From contig CAVQVY010000027.1 in assembly GCA_963717185.1 (NCBI GenBank), positions 2,429-66,428 of the forward strand: 64,000 nucleotides of DNA, in the 5' to 3' direction. Both the position numbers and the translations under genes were made by a program. Under the pieces are notes generated by a model. It was not told the DNA's origin, ran no database searches, and was given only the letters and a program-made list of their open reading frames with translations. Shown one piece after another: positions 53,147 to 62,670 of the stretch; the first letter of the stretch is position 1, and every line of letters starts with the position of its first letter. This DNA is from Candidatus Dormiibacterota bacterium. Its GTDB lineage: Bacteria > Chloroflexota > Dormibacteria > Aeolococcales > Aeolococcaceae.

Positions 53147-53779
53147 ATGCCGCGCATCGTTCGTCCCCAGGGCCTTCCACACGCCGCCCGTCCGATCGAG
53201 CCACCGTCGCCCGAGCACCATCACCTGCCCGGCTGGGTGCGCCGCGTGCACGGCCAGGCACGCCCCATCCTCGCCGACCTGCTCGGCAACCTCACCGGCG
53301 AGTCGCAGGAGCGTTTCCAGGCCAGCGTCGACACCCTGGTCGGCGGCATGAGCGCCGGCAAGTTCAGCCTCGCATGGCAGTACCCCAAGGTCATCGGCGA
53401 CGGCATGGAGCTGTTCGAGAGCCACCGCCGAGCGAACGCCGAGCAGTTCCAGGCGCAGCGGGCGCTCGAGCAGCGCCGCAAGAAGGCCGGGGACGCGCTT
53501 CGCGAGGCCGGCGCGCGCCTGGCGCCAGACCTGCTGGCGCGGCTCAACCGCACCCTGCGCAGCGCCACCACGGCCGAGGAGGTCGACGCGGTGGCGACCG
53601 AGGTGGCGCAGTCGGTGGCCACCGCGCGCAACAACGAGGAGCGCCGCCGCGACCGCGAGATCGACCGCACCCGCTCCCGGATCCGCAAGACGCTGCCACG
53701 CGCGGCCGCGGCCACCGAGCCCACCGAGACCTGGCAGGACGTGCTGCGGCGGTTCGCAGAGTCGCAGTCGGCGGACTAG
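53147..53779 (+). CDS. Hypothetical protein, charged and probably helical C-terminal half
   Basis: ~210 aa from ATG 53147. Segments such as EQFQAQRALEQRRKKAGDALREAG and NNEERRRDREIDRTRSRIRK suggest coiled coil. No family recognised and the start is uncertain. Confidence 0.35.
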   Translation: MPRIVRPQGLPHAARPIEPPSPEHHHLPGWVRRVHGQARPILADLLGNLTGESQERFQASVDTLVGGMSAGKFSLAWQYPKVIGDGMELFESHRRANAEQFQAQRALEQRRKKAGDALREAGARLAPDLLARLNRTLRSATTAEEVDAVATEVAQSVATARNNEERRRDREIDRTRSRIRKTLPRAAAATEPTETWQDVLRRFAESQSAD

Positions 53780-53883
53780 CTGGTCGACCGCCGGAGCGCC
53801 CTGAGCAGGGCCGCGCCGCGGGGCGGAGCGCGTCCGACCCCCCGGTATACTCGCTGCCAGTTCGCAGCCAGCGCGAGGAGTTA

Positions 53884-54375
53884 GTGACCACAACCCCCGT
53901 CGCCGCATCGCTCGACCCTGATCGCCTTGCGCCCGACGCCGGCAACCCCGCCGTCGCCGACGTGATGCGCGACGAGGTGGTGTTCTGCCTCCCCAGCACC
54001 GGCGTCGACGCCATCGCCAAGCTGATGGCCGACAACGAGCTGACCGAGATCCCGGTGCTGCTCGACCGGCGACCCGTTGGCTACGTCCACCAGGACGACA
54101 TCCTCGACCGGCTGGTCGCCGGGGCGGTGGTGATCGCGGGCAGCGACGTGGCCATGCGGCCGCCGACCACCCAGGTCCAGGCCAGCGACATCCTGCGCAC
54201 CCCGCCGCTGCTCGTGGACGAAGGACAGCAGGTGCGCGAGGTGGCGGCGGTGATGGCCCAGCAGGGCCGCCAGGTGGCGCTGGTGATGCACGAGGACGAG
54301 ACCCCGGTCGGCCTGGTCACCCCCCGCGAGCTGGCCGACCACCTGCTGGCGCACCCGGAGCTGACCGGTGCCTGA
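53884..54375 (+). CDS. CBS-pair domain protein
   Basis: 163-aa ORF. GTG 53884 is preceded by GAGGAG. Two CBS-like repeats are present: VADVMRDEVVFCLPSTGVDAIAKLMADNELTEIPVLL and ASDILRTPPLLVDEGQQVREVAAVMAQQGRQVALVM. Confidence 0.75.
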   Translation: MTTTPVAASLDPDRLAPDAGNPAVADVMRDEVVFCLPSTGVDAIAKLMADNELTEIPVLLDRRPVGYVHQDDILDRLVAGAVVIAGSDVAMRPPTTQVQASDILRTPPLLVDEGQQVREVAAVMAQQGRQVALVMHEDETPVGLVTPRELADHLLAHPELTGA

Positions 54376-56596
54376 GCTGGACCGCTTGGCGATCACGCTG
54401 GGCGCGGAGTGCGACCCCGACGACAGCCTGCTCGACATCCTCTCGCCGCTGCGCGCGCAGCACCCGGTGCCACTGGTGGTCACCCGCGACGACCTCATCG
54501 AGGGCACCGTCGGCCTGGAGGTGATCGTCGACGCGTTCGGCCGCGACCTCGCGGCGGTGCGCGTCGGCGACGTGATGCGCGCGGTGCCGCACATGGACGC
54601 CGGCGAGGCCGCCGAGCACGGTGTCGCCGCGCTGCGGGCTGCGGGCTCCGCGGCGGTGATCGTCACCGAGAGCGCGGGCGGACTCTTCTCGCGCCAGCGC
54701 GACGAGCGCCCGGTGGGCATGGTCACGGATGCGCTGGTGCTCGCCACCATCGGCAAGAACGTCACCGACAAGGCGCCGATGAAGATCCTCGCGGGCCACC
54801 GCGACCTGGGCTTCAACGTGCCGGTGTCGCCGTGCCAGCGCAACTGTCCCATCAAGCAGGACATCGCCACCTACGTCGACTACGTGAGCCAGGGGCGCTA
54901 CGTCGACTCGTGGACGGTGATCCACGAGACCAACCCGTTCCCCAGCATGCTCGGCAGGCTCTGCAACCACCCCTGCGAGACGGACTGCAAACGAGGCTGG
55001 GACCCCGGCGAGGAGCCCGTCACCATCCGCTCGATCAAGCGCTTCAGCACTGACTTCGCGTTCCAGCAGAACCTCTGGATCGACTACCGGATCGCACCGC
55101 CCAACGGCCGGCGCGTCGCGGTGGTGGGGGCCGGACCCGCCGGCCTGACCTGCGCGCTGGACCTGCGCGTGCAGGGCTACGAGGTCGCCGTCTTCGAGCG
55201 CGAGTCGAAGGTCGGCGGGCTGCTGAGCACGTCGATCCCGCCGTTCCGGTTCGACCACCGCCAGCTCCAGTGGGAGCTCGACATGATCCTCGCGACCGGG
55301 CTCGAGGTGCACACCGACAGCAACGTCGGGATGGGCGAGGACGACGTCAAGATCGACGACCTGCTCGCCGAGTACGACGCCGTCTTCGTGTCGATCGGCA
55401 TGATGCAAGGACGCATCCTGCCCATCCCCGGCAAGGATCTTCCCCAGGTCACCGACGCGATGACCTTCCTGCGCCAGATCTCCTATGACCGCATCCCGCC
55501 GCACTTCCCGGTGGCGGGGCGGGTGGTCGTGGTCGGTGGTGGCGCGATCGCCACCGACGCCTGCCAGAGCTCCATCAAGCTGGGCGCCAAGCAGGTGTGG
55601 ATGGTGGCGATCGAGCCCGAGGATCGCCTCCCCGCGTTCGGCAACGAGCTGCACGAGGCCAAGGAGATCGGGCTGAACATCCACAGCGGCGTCATCGTCA
55701 AGGAGATCCACGGCGACGAGCGCGGCAACGTCTCCGCGGTGAGCTTCGCGCCGCTGCAGCCGATGGAGTTCGACCCGCTGAGCGGCAAGCTGGTCTTCTC
55801 GTCGGTCAAGGAGATCGAGAACGCCGAGCGCTGGACGGTGCCGGCCGACCTGGTCATATTCGCCTCCGGCCAGATCATGGAGACGCCGGGCGAGTCGGTG
55901 CCGCTGACCCAGCGCGGCCTGGTCGCAGCCGACCGCGGGGGCCACACCGGTGTCGACCGGCTGTTCTGCGGCGGCGACTGCGTGCAGGGGCCGTCGTTCA
56001 TCGTCGACGCCGTCGCCTGGGGGCACCGGGTGGCGCGCTCCATCCGCGAGTACCTCGGTGACCAGCTGCCCGCGCAGGAGCGCATCTACCAGACCACTGT
56101 CGAACGCACCGACGACCACCGCCAGTCGGAGGTGTTCGCGCGCACCGAGCCGGCCATCCTCGAGGCCTCCAAGCGCTACGACATGAGCGAGTGCGAGCTG
56201 CCCTGGAGCGACCGCGAGGCGATCGTCCAGTCGATCCGCTGCTTCCAGTGCGACTCGGTGCACCACTACGACACCGCCGTCTGTGTGCTCTGCGGCGCGT
56301 GCGACGACGTGTGCCCCGAGAAGGCCATCGACGTGGTGGTCTTCGGCGAGGATCGCGAACGGTCCTCCGGCGGCGAGACCATGGTGTGCCAGACGTCCGG
56401 AGGCGACCCGGTGTCGGGTGGCTACGAGGGCGAGATCTACATCAACTACGATCGCTGCACCAACTGCCGCATCTGCGAGGACCACTGCCCGGTGAACTGC
56501 ATCACGTTCGAACGGGTGCGCTTCATCGACGACACCATGCGGGTGGTGGAGAAGCCGCGCATCAGCGTCGAGCTGCCGCTGGTCGCGGTGCACTGA
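54368..56596 (+). CDS. Fusion oxidoreductase: N-terminal CBS pair + GltD-like FAD/NAD(P)H module + C-terminal 2x[4Fe-4S] ferredoxin domain
   Basis: Intact 742-aa ORF whose GTG overlaps the upstream CBS gene by 8 nt. Residues ~1-135 are CBS-like. CQRNCPIKQDI...LCNHPCETDC is the GltD N-terminal Fe-S region. Two dinucleotide folds follow (RVAVVGAGPAGLTCALDL and RVVVVGGGAIATDA). The C-terminus has CVLCGACDDVCP and CTNCRICEDHCP. Confidence 0.8.
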   Translation: MPELDRLAITLGAECDPDDSLLDILSPLRAQHPVPLVVTRDDLIEGTVGLEVIVDAFGRDLAAVRVGDVMRAVPHMDAGEAAEHGVAALRAAGSAAVIVTESAGGLFSRQRDERPVGMVTDALVLATIGKNVTDKAPMKILAGHRDLGFNVPVSPCQRNCPIKQDIATYVDYVSQGRYVDSWTVIHETNPFPSMLGRLCNHPCETDCKRGWDPGEEPVTIRSIKRFSTDFAFQQNLWIDYRIAPPNGRRVAVVGAGPAGLTCALDLRVQGYEVAVFERESKVGGLLSTSIPPFRFDHRQLQWELDMILATGLEVHTDSNVGMGEDDVKIDDLLAEYDAVFVSIGMMQGRILPIPGKDLPQVTDAMTFLRQISYDRIPPHFPVAGRVVVVGGGAIATDACQSSIKLGAKQVWMVAIEPEDRLPAFGNELHEAKEIGLNIHSGVIVKEIHGDERGNVSAVSFAPLQPMEFDPLSGKLVFSSVKEIENAERWTVPADLVIFASGQIMETPGESVPLTQRGLVAADRGGHTGVDRLFCGGDCVQGPSFIVDAVAWGHRVARSIREYLGDQLPAQERIYQTTVERTDDHRQSEVFARTEPAILEASKRYDMSECELPWSDREAIVQSIRCFQCDSVHHYDTAVCVLCGACDDVCPEKAIDVVVFGEDRERSSGGETMVCQTSGGDPVSGGYEGEIYINYDRCTNCRICEDHCPVNCITFERVRFIDDTMRVVEKPRISVELPLVAVH

Positions 56597-56643
56597 GCGC
56601 ACTTCCCACGGCTGCCGCGCCCGAGGAGTCGGACACCGCGCTG

Positions 56644-57090
56644 ATGCGGCGGGCGCTGCGCTCGGCCAGGAGCGCGGGGAGGCGCGGCGAGGTGCCCGTG
56701 GGAGCTCTGGCGGTGCTCGGCGGGTCGGTCATCGCGGCTGCCTCGAACCGCATGGAGCGCGCCGGCGACGCCACCGCCCACGCTGAGATGCTGGTGCTGC
56801 GCCGCGCCGCGGCCAGGGTCGGGGGGTGGCGGCTCGGTGGGGTCGCCGTGGTGGTCACCCTGGAGCCGTGTCCGATGTGCGCCGGCGCGATGGTGCAGGC
56901 GCGCATCGACCGCTGCGTCTACGGTGCGCGCGACCCCAAGAAGGGCGCCGACGGGAGCGTGTACGACGTTCTGCGGCACCCGGCCGGCAACCACCGCGTG
57001 GCGGTCACCGGCGGCGTGCTCGGCGAGGAGTGCGGCCTCCTGCTCAGCCGCTTCTTCCAGGCGCGACGGCGCGCCCCCGGGCGGGGCTGA
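56644..57090 (+). CDS. tadA: tRNA-specific adenosine deaminase
   Basis: EVPVGALAV..., zinc motifs HAEMLVLR and [11 protein letters not shown]. Confidence 0.85.
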   Translation: MRRALRSARSAGRRGEVPVGALAVLGGSVIAAASNRMERAGDATAHAEMLVLRRAAARVGGWRLGGVAVVVTLEPCPMCAGAMVQARIDRCVYGARDPKKGADGSVYDVLRHPAGNHRVAVTGGVLGEECGLLLSRFFQARRRAPGRG

Positions 57091-57100
57091 GGAGCCGCCG

Positions 57101-57964
57101 TTGTCCTGCGACTGGCTGTTCGTCGACGGCTCGAGCCTCATCTTCCGCGCCTTCCACGGCGTGCCGCGCAGCGTCCGCTCGCCGGACGGGCGGCCTGTCA
57201 ACGCGGTCCGCGGGTTCATGGACGCGCTGGCCCGGCTGGTGAGCACCCGGCAGCCGCGCCGGCTGGCGGTGGCCAGCGACGAGGACTGGCGCCCGGCCTG
57301 GCGCGTCGAGCTGATCCCCAGCTACAAGGCGCATCGCACCGCCGAGCCCGTCCCCCCGAGCTGGAGCCCCAGATGCCGCTCATCCACGAGGTGCTGGCCG
57401 CGATCGGCATCGACTTCATCGGCCTCGCCGACTACGAGGCGGAGGACGTCATCGCCACCTGGACGGCGACGACGCCCGGCACGGTGGAGATCGTCAGCGG
57501 GGACCGCGACCTCTTCGCGCTGGTCGAGGACCCGCGGGTCCTCGTGCTGTACCCGGAGCGGGGTGGCATGGCCGAGGTCACCGAGGCCGAGGTGACCCGC
57601 CGCTACGGCATCCCCGGGCGCAGCTACGCCGACTACGCGATCCTTCGCGGCGACCCGTCGGACGGCCTGCCCGGGGCTGAAGGGGGTGGGCGCGGTCGCG
57701 GCGGCGGACATCATCCGCAAGCACGGTGGCGTCGCCGGCCTGCTCCGTGACGGCCGGCTTCCCGAGCACCAGCGCGACTACCTCGCCAGGGCGGCGCGGG
57801 TGGTGCCGCCGGTGCGCGACCTGCCGGTCGCGCTGCCCGACGGCGAGCGCGCGACCTACCCCGTCAACCCGACCGTGCTGGACTCGCTGGCGGAGACGCA
57901 CGGCCTGGCATCGGCGTCCGACCGGCTGGTGCGCGCGCTGACCGTGAACCAGGGCTCCGGGTAA
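57101..57964 (+). pseudogene. 5'-3' exonuclease (Pol I N-terminal-domain-like, FEN family), frame broken twice
   Basis: Three segments in three frames: [15 protein letters not shown]...NAVRGF, then [13 protein letters not shown]...[11 protein letters not shown]...YAILRGDPSDGLPG, then VKGVGAVAAADIIRKHG. Breaks are at the C6 run 57352-57357 and at ~57677. TTG 57101 is preceded by GAGGAG. Confidence 0.8.
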
Positions 57965-57970
57965 GCTTTC

Positions 57971-58549
57971 TCAGGCGGCAGGCGGTGGCATGGCGGGGTT
58001 GGTGCGCTGCCAGAGCACGTGGTCTCGCCAGGCGCCGGCGATCGCCAGGTACCCGGCGGCCACGCCGATCCTGTCGAACCCGCAGCGCACCAGGACTCCC
58101 TGCGAGGCGACGTTGTCGACCATCGTGGCCGCCTGCAGCCGGTGCAGGCCGAGGTCGTCGAAGGCGATGTCGACCACCGCCCCCACCGCCCACGAGGCGA
58201 TCCCGACGCGCAGCCGCTCCGCGTCCACCGAGTAGCCGAGGTGAGCGCTGCAGAACGCGCCGCGCGCCACGTCGGACAGGCCCAGCTCGCCGACCAGCCG
58301 GCCGTCCTCGCGCACCAGGAAGGGGAACATCCGCCCGGTGGCGACGTCGTTGGACGCCCGCTCGACGCGCTGGCGCTGGCCCTCGACCGTCCAGAACAGG
58401 GCGTCTCGCTGCGGCTGGGTCGGGAGCAGGTGCTCGCGGTTGCGCGCCCAGTACGCGCCCAGGTCCTCGACGTCGGCTGCCGACCAGGCGTGGACCAGCA
58501 GCTCGCCGTGGTGCTGGTTGCGAGACGCCCTCCTCGTGGGCGGCGTCAT
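57971..58549 (-). CDS. GNAT-family N-acetyltransferase (RimJ/RimL-like)
   Basis: 192-aa ORF with LGYSVDAERLRVGIASWAV...LHRLQAATMVDNVASQGVLVRCGF. Its start overlaps the upstream methyltransferase stop (ATGA). Confidence 0.85.
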   Translation of the reverse strand: MTPPTRRASRNQHHGELLVHAWSAADVEDLGAYWARNREHLLPTQPQRDALFWTVEGQRQRVERASNDVATGRMFPFLVREDGRLVGELGLSDVARGAFCSAHLGYSVDAERLRVGIASWAVGAVVDIAFDDLGLHRLQAATMVDNVASQGVLVRCGFDRIGVAAGYLAIAGAWRDHVLWQRTNPAMPPPAA

Positions 58550-59151
58550 CGGCGGATCGCGGTGGCGCGCCAGCCCTGGACAGGGCCGAATTCCAGGTTG
58601 ACCTCGAGGGGGGCGGGTTCGACGGAGCGCAGCTCCCAGCCGTGCGCGAACGCGGACTCGAGCTCGTCGCGCCGGACCCGCCGCGGCCCCCAGTCGCCGG
58701 GCTGCGCGTCGCTGAAGACGAGCAGGTGGTAGCGGCCGCCCGGCTCGAGGACGCTGTGGATCGACTCCACGTACCTGGCCCTGTCCTCGTTAGAGAAGAC
58801 GTGGAACACGCCGCTGTCGAGGGCCGTGTCGAAGGTGCCGCCGAGGAAGCTGAGGTCGAGCGCATCCCCCACCTCCAGGCGGACGGTGAGGCCGCGCTCG
58901 GCGGCGCGCGCACGCGCGATGGCGATCGCCCGGGGAGAGGAGTTGACCCCGGTGGCGTCGAGCCCGCGGGACGCGGCCAGCAGCGCGAGCTCGGCGGTGC
59001 CGCAGCCGACGTCGAGCACCCGTCCGGTCACCTCGCCCGTGTCGAACAGCGCGGCGAGCGCAGGCTGTGCCCTGCCGATCTCCCAGGGCGGCGTGCCCAG
59101 GTAGGCGTCGTCGAAGCTGCCGAAGTCGGGGAGCGCGGGGCGGTCTTGCAT
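58546..59151 (-). CDS. Class I SAM-dependent methyltransferase
   Basis: VLDVGCGTAELALLAA motif I, FDTALDSGVFHVF and LEPGGRYHLLVF. Confidence 0.85.
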   Translation of the reverse strand: MQDRPALPDFGSFDDAYLGTPPWEIGRAQPALAALFDTGEVTGRVLDVGCGTAELALLAASRGLDATGVNSSPRAIAIARARAAERGLTVRLEVGDALDLSFLGGTFDTALDSGVFHVFSNEDRARYVESIHSVLEPGGRYHLLVFSDAQPGDWGPRRVRRDELESAFAHGWELRSVEPAPLEVNLEFGPVQGWRATAIRR

Positions 59152-59199
59152 GCGCCGAGTTTGGCGCTCTCACCGAGGGTCTTGCGACACTGGCGGGCG

Positions 59200-59706
59200 A
59201 TGGAGAAGCACGTCGCTGCCGGCATTGACGTGACCATCACGCCGATGTCACCGGCCGATTGGCCGGCGGTGCGGGCGATCTACGAGGAGGGCATCACCAC
59301 CGGTGACGCCACCTTCGAGGAGGAGGCGCCCGGCTGGGGCGAATGGGACGCGGCACACCTGCCCGCGCCCCGGCTGGTGGCGCGAAGGGGGGAGATGACC
59401 CTCGGCTGGGCTGCGGCTGTCCCGGTGTCCGAGCGCTGCGTCTACGAGGGGGTGGCCGAGAGCAGCGTGTACGTCGCCACGGCTGCGCGCGGGCAGGGCG
59501 TCGGGCGCCGGCTGCTCGACGCGCTGATCACCAGCACGGAGGCGGGCGGCATCTGGACGTTGCAGGCGGGGATCTTCCCGGAGAACGCCGCCAGCCTCAG
59601 CCTTCACATCGCCTGCGGATTCCGGACGGTCGGGGTGCGCGAGCGGATCGGGCGGCACCACGGACGATGGCGCGACGTCATCCTCCTCGAGCGGCGGCGC
59701 CCCTGA
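59200..59706 (+). CDS. GNAT-family N-acetyltransferase, phosphinothricin-acetyltransferase-like
   Basis: 168-aa ORF with WPAVRAIYEEGITTGDATFEE, VYVATAARGQGVGRRLLDAL and ASLSLHIACGFRTVG. Confidence 0.85.
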   Translation: MEKHVAAGIDVTITPMSPADWPAVRAIYEEGITTGDATFEEEAPGWGEWDAAHLPAPRLVARRGEMTLGWAAAVPVSERCVYEGVAESSVYVATAARGQGVGRRLLDALITSTEAGGIWTLQAGIFPENAASLSLHIACGFRTVGVRERIGRHHGRWRDVILLERRRP

Positions 59707-59792
59707 CCGAGGCCGGCCTCGGCCGAAGCCGGCCGCCTTCGTCACAGGGATGAAGGCGATGTCGTCGCTCTGTTACGAGCCCGCGAGACTGC

Positions 59793-62159
59793 GTGTGGGG
59801 CTCGTCGCCGTCGGCGAGGATCAACTCCAGTCCGGCAGTGTGGAGGCCCAGGGTGAGCGATCGGCGGTGGTGGGTGGTGGCAGCCGCGGTGGCAGCGTGC
59901 TGCGCTGTGCTGGTTGCCGTGATGCTGGTCGCCCCGGCCTCGGCGACGCTGCCGGTGGACGACGTCGCCGAGGTGGTGGCGCCGCTGCTGGCCGCGGTGG
60001 CGTGCGTGGTGGCGGGCCGACGGCATGCCGGCCGCGCCCGCTTGGGCTGGTACCTGGTCGGCGCAAGCGCCGCGACCTGGGGCGCGGGCCAGGCGGCGTG
60101 GACGTGGCTCGAGCTGGTCGTCCACCAGGACAACCCGTTTCCCTCGGTGGCCGACATCGGGTTCGTCGGGTCGGTGCCGCTCCTGTTCGCCGGGTTGCTG
60201 ACCATGCCGGTGTGGCCGTCGGGGTCGCTGGCCAAGGTGCGGGCCATCACCGACGGGCTGATCATCGCCGGCGGGTTGCTGCTGATCAGCTGGTACACGA
60301 TCCTCTCCGCGATCGTCGCCAGCCCCGCGGACACCGCGCTCGGGCAGGGTCTCAGCCTGGCGTACCCGATCGGCGACGTCATCGTCGCCACGGTGCTGGT
60401 GATCATGTGGTCACGCGCGTCATCGCGGTCGCGCGGCCCGTTGCTGCTGATCATCGCCGGGCTCGGATCGATCGCCGTGGCGGACAGCACGTTCGCGTAC
60501 CTGCAGGCGCAGGCCTCATTCGGGTCCGGGAACGTCGTCGACATCGGCTGGGTTGCCGGATACCTGATGGTTGGCCTTGCCGCCCTGCTGGGGCTCAGCC
60601 GGCCGCTGACCACCAGGCCGGGCGCGGTGCCGCGGTGGCGAACCGTGGTGCTGCCCTACGCACCGCTCCCAGTCGCGATCGGGTTCGCCATCGACGAGCG
60701 GCTCACGCTCGGCGCCATCAACATGTTCACGCTCTCCATGGCGCTGGCCCTGTTCGTCCTGGTGCTGGTCCGCCAGGGACTGTCGGTACGCGAGAACATG
60801 CTGCTGCTGCGCCGCCTGGCCGCCAACGAGACCGAGCTCAACCACCGCGCCGAGCACGACCCGCTGACCGACCTGAGCAACCGTGGCACCTTCATCCGCA
60901 CCGTCGACGAACACCTCGCCAAGGCTGCGCCTGATCGGCTCTGCGCGGTGATGTTCGTCGACCTCGACGACTTCAAGCACATCAACGACAGCATGGGTCA
61001 CGCCATGGGCGACCAGGCCATCGTCGCGGTCGGCGAGCGGCTGAAGTCCTGCATGCGCGACCACGACCTGGTGGCCCGGCTCGGCGGCGACGAGTTCGCC
61101 GTCTTCCTGACCCGCCTCCCCAACGTCGGGCAGATGGTGACCATCGCCGAGCGGCTCATCGAGACCCTCAACGAGCCCTTCCAGAGCTCCGACATGCGTG
61201 CTTCTGTGTGCGGGACGATCGGCGTGGCCATCGCCGAACCGGGCGACGACGCCGGCGAGCTCCTCCGCCGCGCGGACATCGCGATGTACGCCGCCAAGGC
61301 ACGCGGCAAGGGGCTGTTCGGGATCTTCGAGCCGAGCATGCACGTGGCGATGTACGCACCACTGGAGCGCCGCGCCGACCTCGAGCGGGCCGCCGAGGCG
61401 GGTGAGTTCGTCCTCTACTTCCAGCCGGTTGTCAGCGTGAGCACGCGCGAGATGGTGGGCGTCGAGGCGCTGATCCGGTGGGAGCACCCGCGGCTCGGGA
61501 TGCTCGGGCCGATCGAGTTCGTCGAGGACCTCGAGAAGGCCGGTCTGATGATCAAGGTGGGAGCCTGGGTGATGGAGGAGGCGTGCCGCCAGACCATGCG
61601 GCTTCGGGCCACCAGCAGCAGCGACCTCTCGGTCAGCGTCAACGTGAGCAGCTCGCAGATCCAGGACGCGGGCTTCGTCGCGGTGGTCGCCCACGCGCTC
61701 GCGGCCACCGGTCTTCCGGCGCGGGCGCTGGTCATCGAGCTGACCGAGAGCGGCAGCATCGGCGAGAGCGAGGTGGTGGGGTTGCGCCTGCGCCAGCTGC
61801 GCGGTATGGGCGTCCGCGTCGCCATCGACGACTTCGGCAGCGGGTACTCGTCGTTCACCTACCTGAGGCGGCTGCGCGTCGACATCCTCAAGATCGACAA
61901 GACGTTCGTCGACGGCCTGCTCGCCGGCGGCCCCGGAGCGGCACTGGTCGAGGGGATGATCGGGCTGGGCAACAGCCTCGGCCTGCTGACGGTGGGGGAG
62001 GGCGTCGAGGACGAGGAGCAGCATGCTGCGCTGGTGCGCCTCGGCTGCACGATGGCGCAGGGATACCTCCACGCACGGCCGATGCCGATGGACCAGCTGG
62101 TGCTCCTGCACAGCGCGGTGCCTGCCGACGACGCTCGTGAGGCTGCTGCGACCGGCTGA
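59793..62159 (+). CDS. Membrane-anchored GGDEF-EAL protein (diguanylate cyclase / c-di-GMP phosphodiesterase)
   Basis: An N-terminal region of ~300 aa with ~8 hydrophobic helices is followed by RLGGDEFAV (intact GGDEF) and VEALIRWEHP...DDFGSGYSS...KIDKTFV (EAL). The start is GTG 59793 or a downstream GTG. Confidence 0.9.
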   Translation: MWGSSPSARINSSPAVWRPRVSDRRWWVVAAAVAACCAVLVAVMLVAPASATLPVDDVAEVVAPLLAAVACVVAGRRHAGRARLGWYLVGASAATWGAGQAAWTWLELVVHQDNPFPSVADIGFVGSVPLLFAGLLTMPVWPSGSLAKVRAITDGLIIAGGLLLISWYTILSAIVASPADTALGQGLSLAYPIGDVIVATVLVIMWSRASSRSRGPLLLIIAGLGSIAVADSTFAYLQAQASFGSGNVVDIGWVAGYLMVGLAALLGLSRPLTTRPGAVPRWRTVVLPYAPLPVAIGFAIDERLTLGAINMFTLSMALALFVLVLVRQGLSVRENMLLLRRLAANETELNHRAEHDPLTDLSNRGTFIRTVDEHLAKAAPDRLCAVMFVDLDDFKHINDSMGHAMGDQAIVAVGERLKSCMRDHDLVARLGGDEFAVFLTRLPNVGQMVTIAERLIETLNEPFQSSDMRASVCGTIGVAIAEPGDDAGELLRRADIAMYAAKARGKGLFGIFEPSMHVAMYAPLERRADLERAAEAGEFVLYFQPVVSVSTREMVGVEALIRWEHPRLGMLGPIEFVEDLEKAGLMIKVGAWVMEEACRQTMRLRATSSSDLSVSVNVSSSQIQDAGFVAVVAHALAATGLPARALVIELTESGSIGESEVVGLRLRQLRGMGVRVAIDDFGSGYSSFTYLRRLRVDILKIDKTFVDGLLAGGPGAALVEGMIGLGNSLGLLTVGEGVEDEEQHAALVRLGCTMAQGYLHARPMPMDQLVLLHSAVPADDAREAAATG

Positions 62160-62205
62160 TCCGCCCGAGGTGGGGATTGGCGCAACGCGGTGCTAGGCTG
62201 GCGCG

Positions 62206-62670
62206 ATGGCCGCCGACGGGATCGTCCACCTCACCCCCGAGGGCCGGGACCGGCTCGAGGAGGAGTTGCGCGAGCTCGTCGAGAACCGTCGCCCGGTGAT
62301 CGTGCAGCGCGTCGCAACCGCGCGCGCCGAGGGTGACCTCAGCGAGAACTTCGCGTACCACGACGCGCGCCAGGAGCTGGGCCTGCTCGACGGCCGAGTG
62401 CAGACCATCGAGGCGACGCTGCGCAATGCCCAGGTGCTCGAGACGACGGTCGGTGAGGTCGTCGGGCTGGGGTCCACTGTGACCATCCGCGACGAGTTCG
62501 GGGAGTCGACGTACGTGATCGTGGGCCCGGTGGAGGCTGACGTAGCCGGCGGGCGCATCTCGATGGTCTCCCCGCTGGGCGCCGCCCTGATGGGCCGCAC
62601 CGTCGGCGACGAGGTCAGCTTCGGCTCGCCCGGCGGGACGCGCAGCGCCATCATCGCCGCCGTTCATTGA
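62206..62670 (+). CDS. greA: Transcription elongation factor GreA
   Basis: LTPEGRDRLEEELRELV...ARAEGDLSENFAYHDARQELG...ISMVSPLGAALMGR. Confidence 0.9.
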   Translation: MAADGIVHLTPEGRDRLEEELRELVENRRPVIVQRVATARAEGDLSENFAYHDARQELGLLDGRVQTIEATLRNAQVLETTVGEVVGLGSTVTIRDEFGESTYVIVGPVEADVAGGRISMVSPLGAALMGRTVGDEVSFGSPGGTRSAIIAAVH

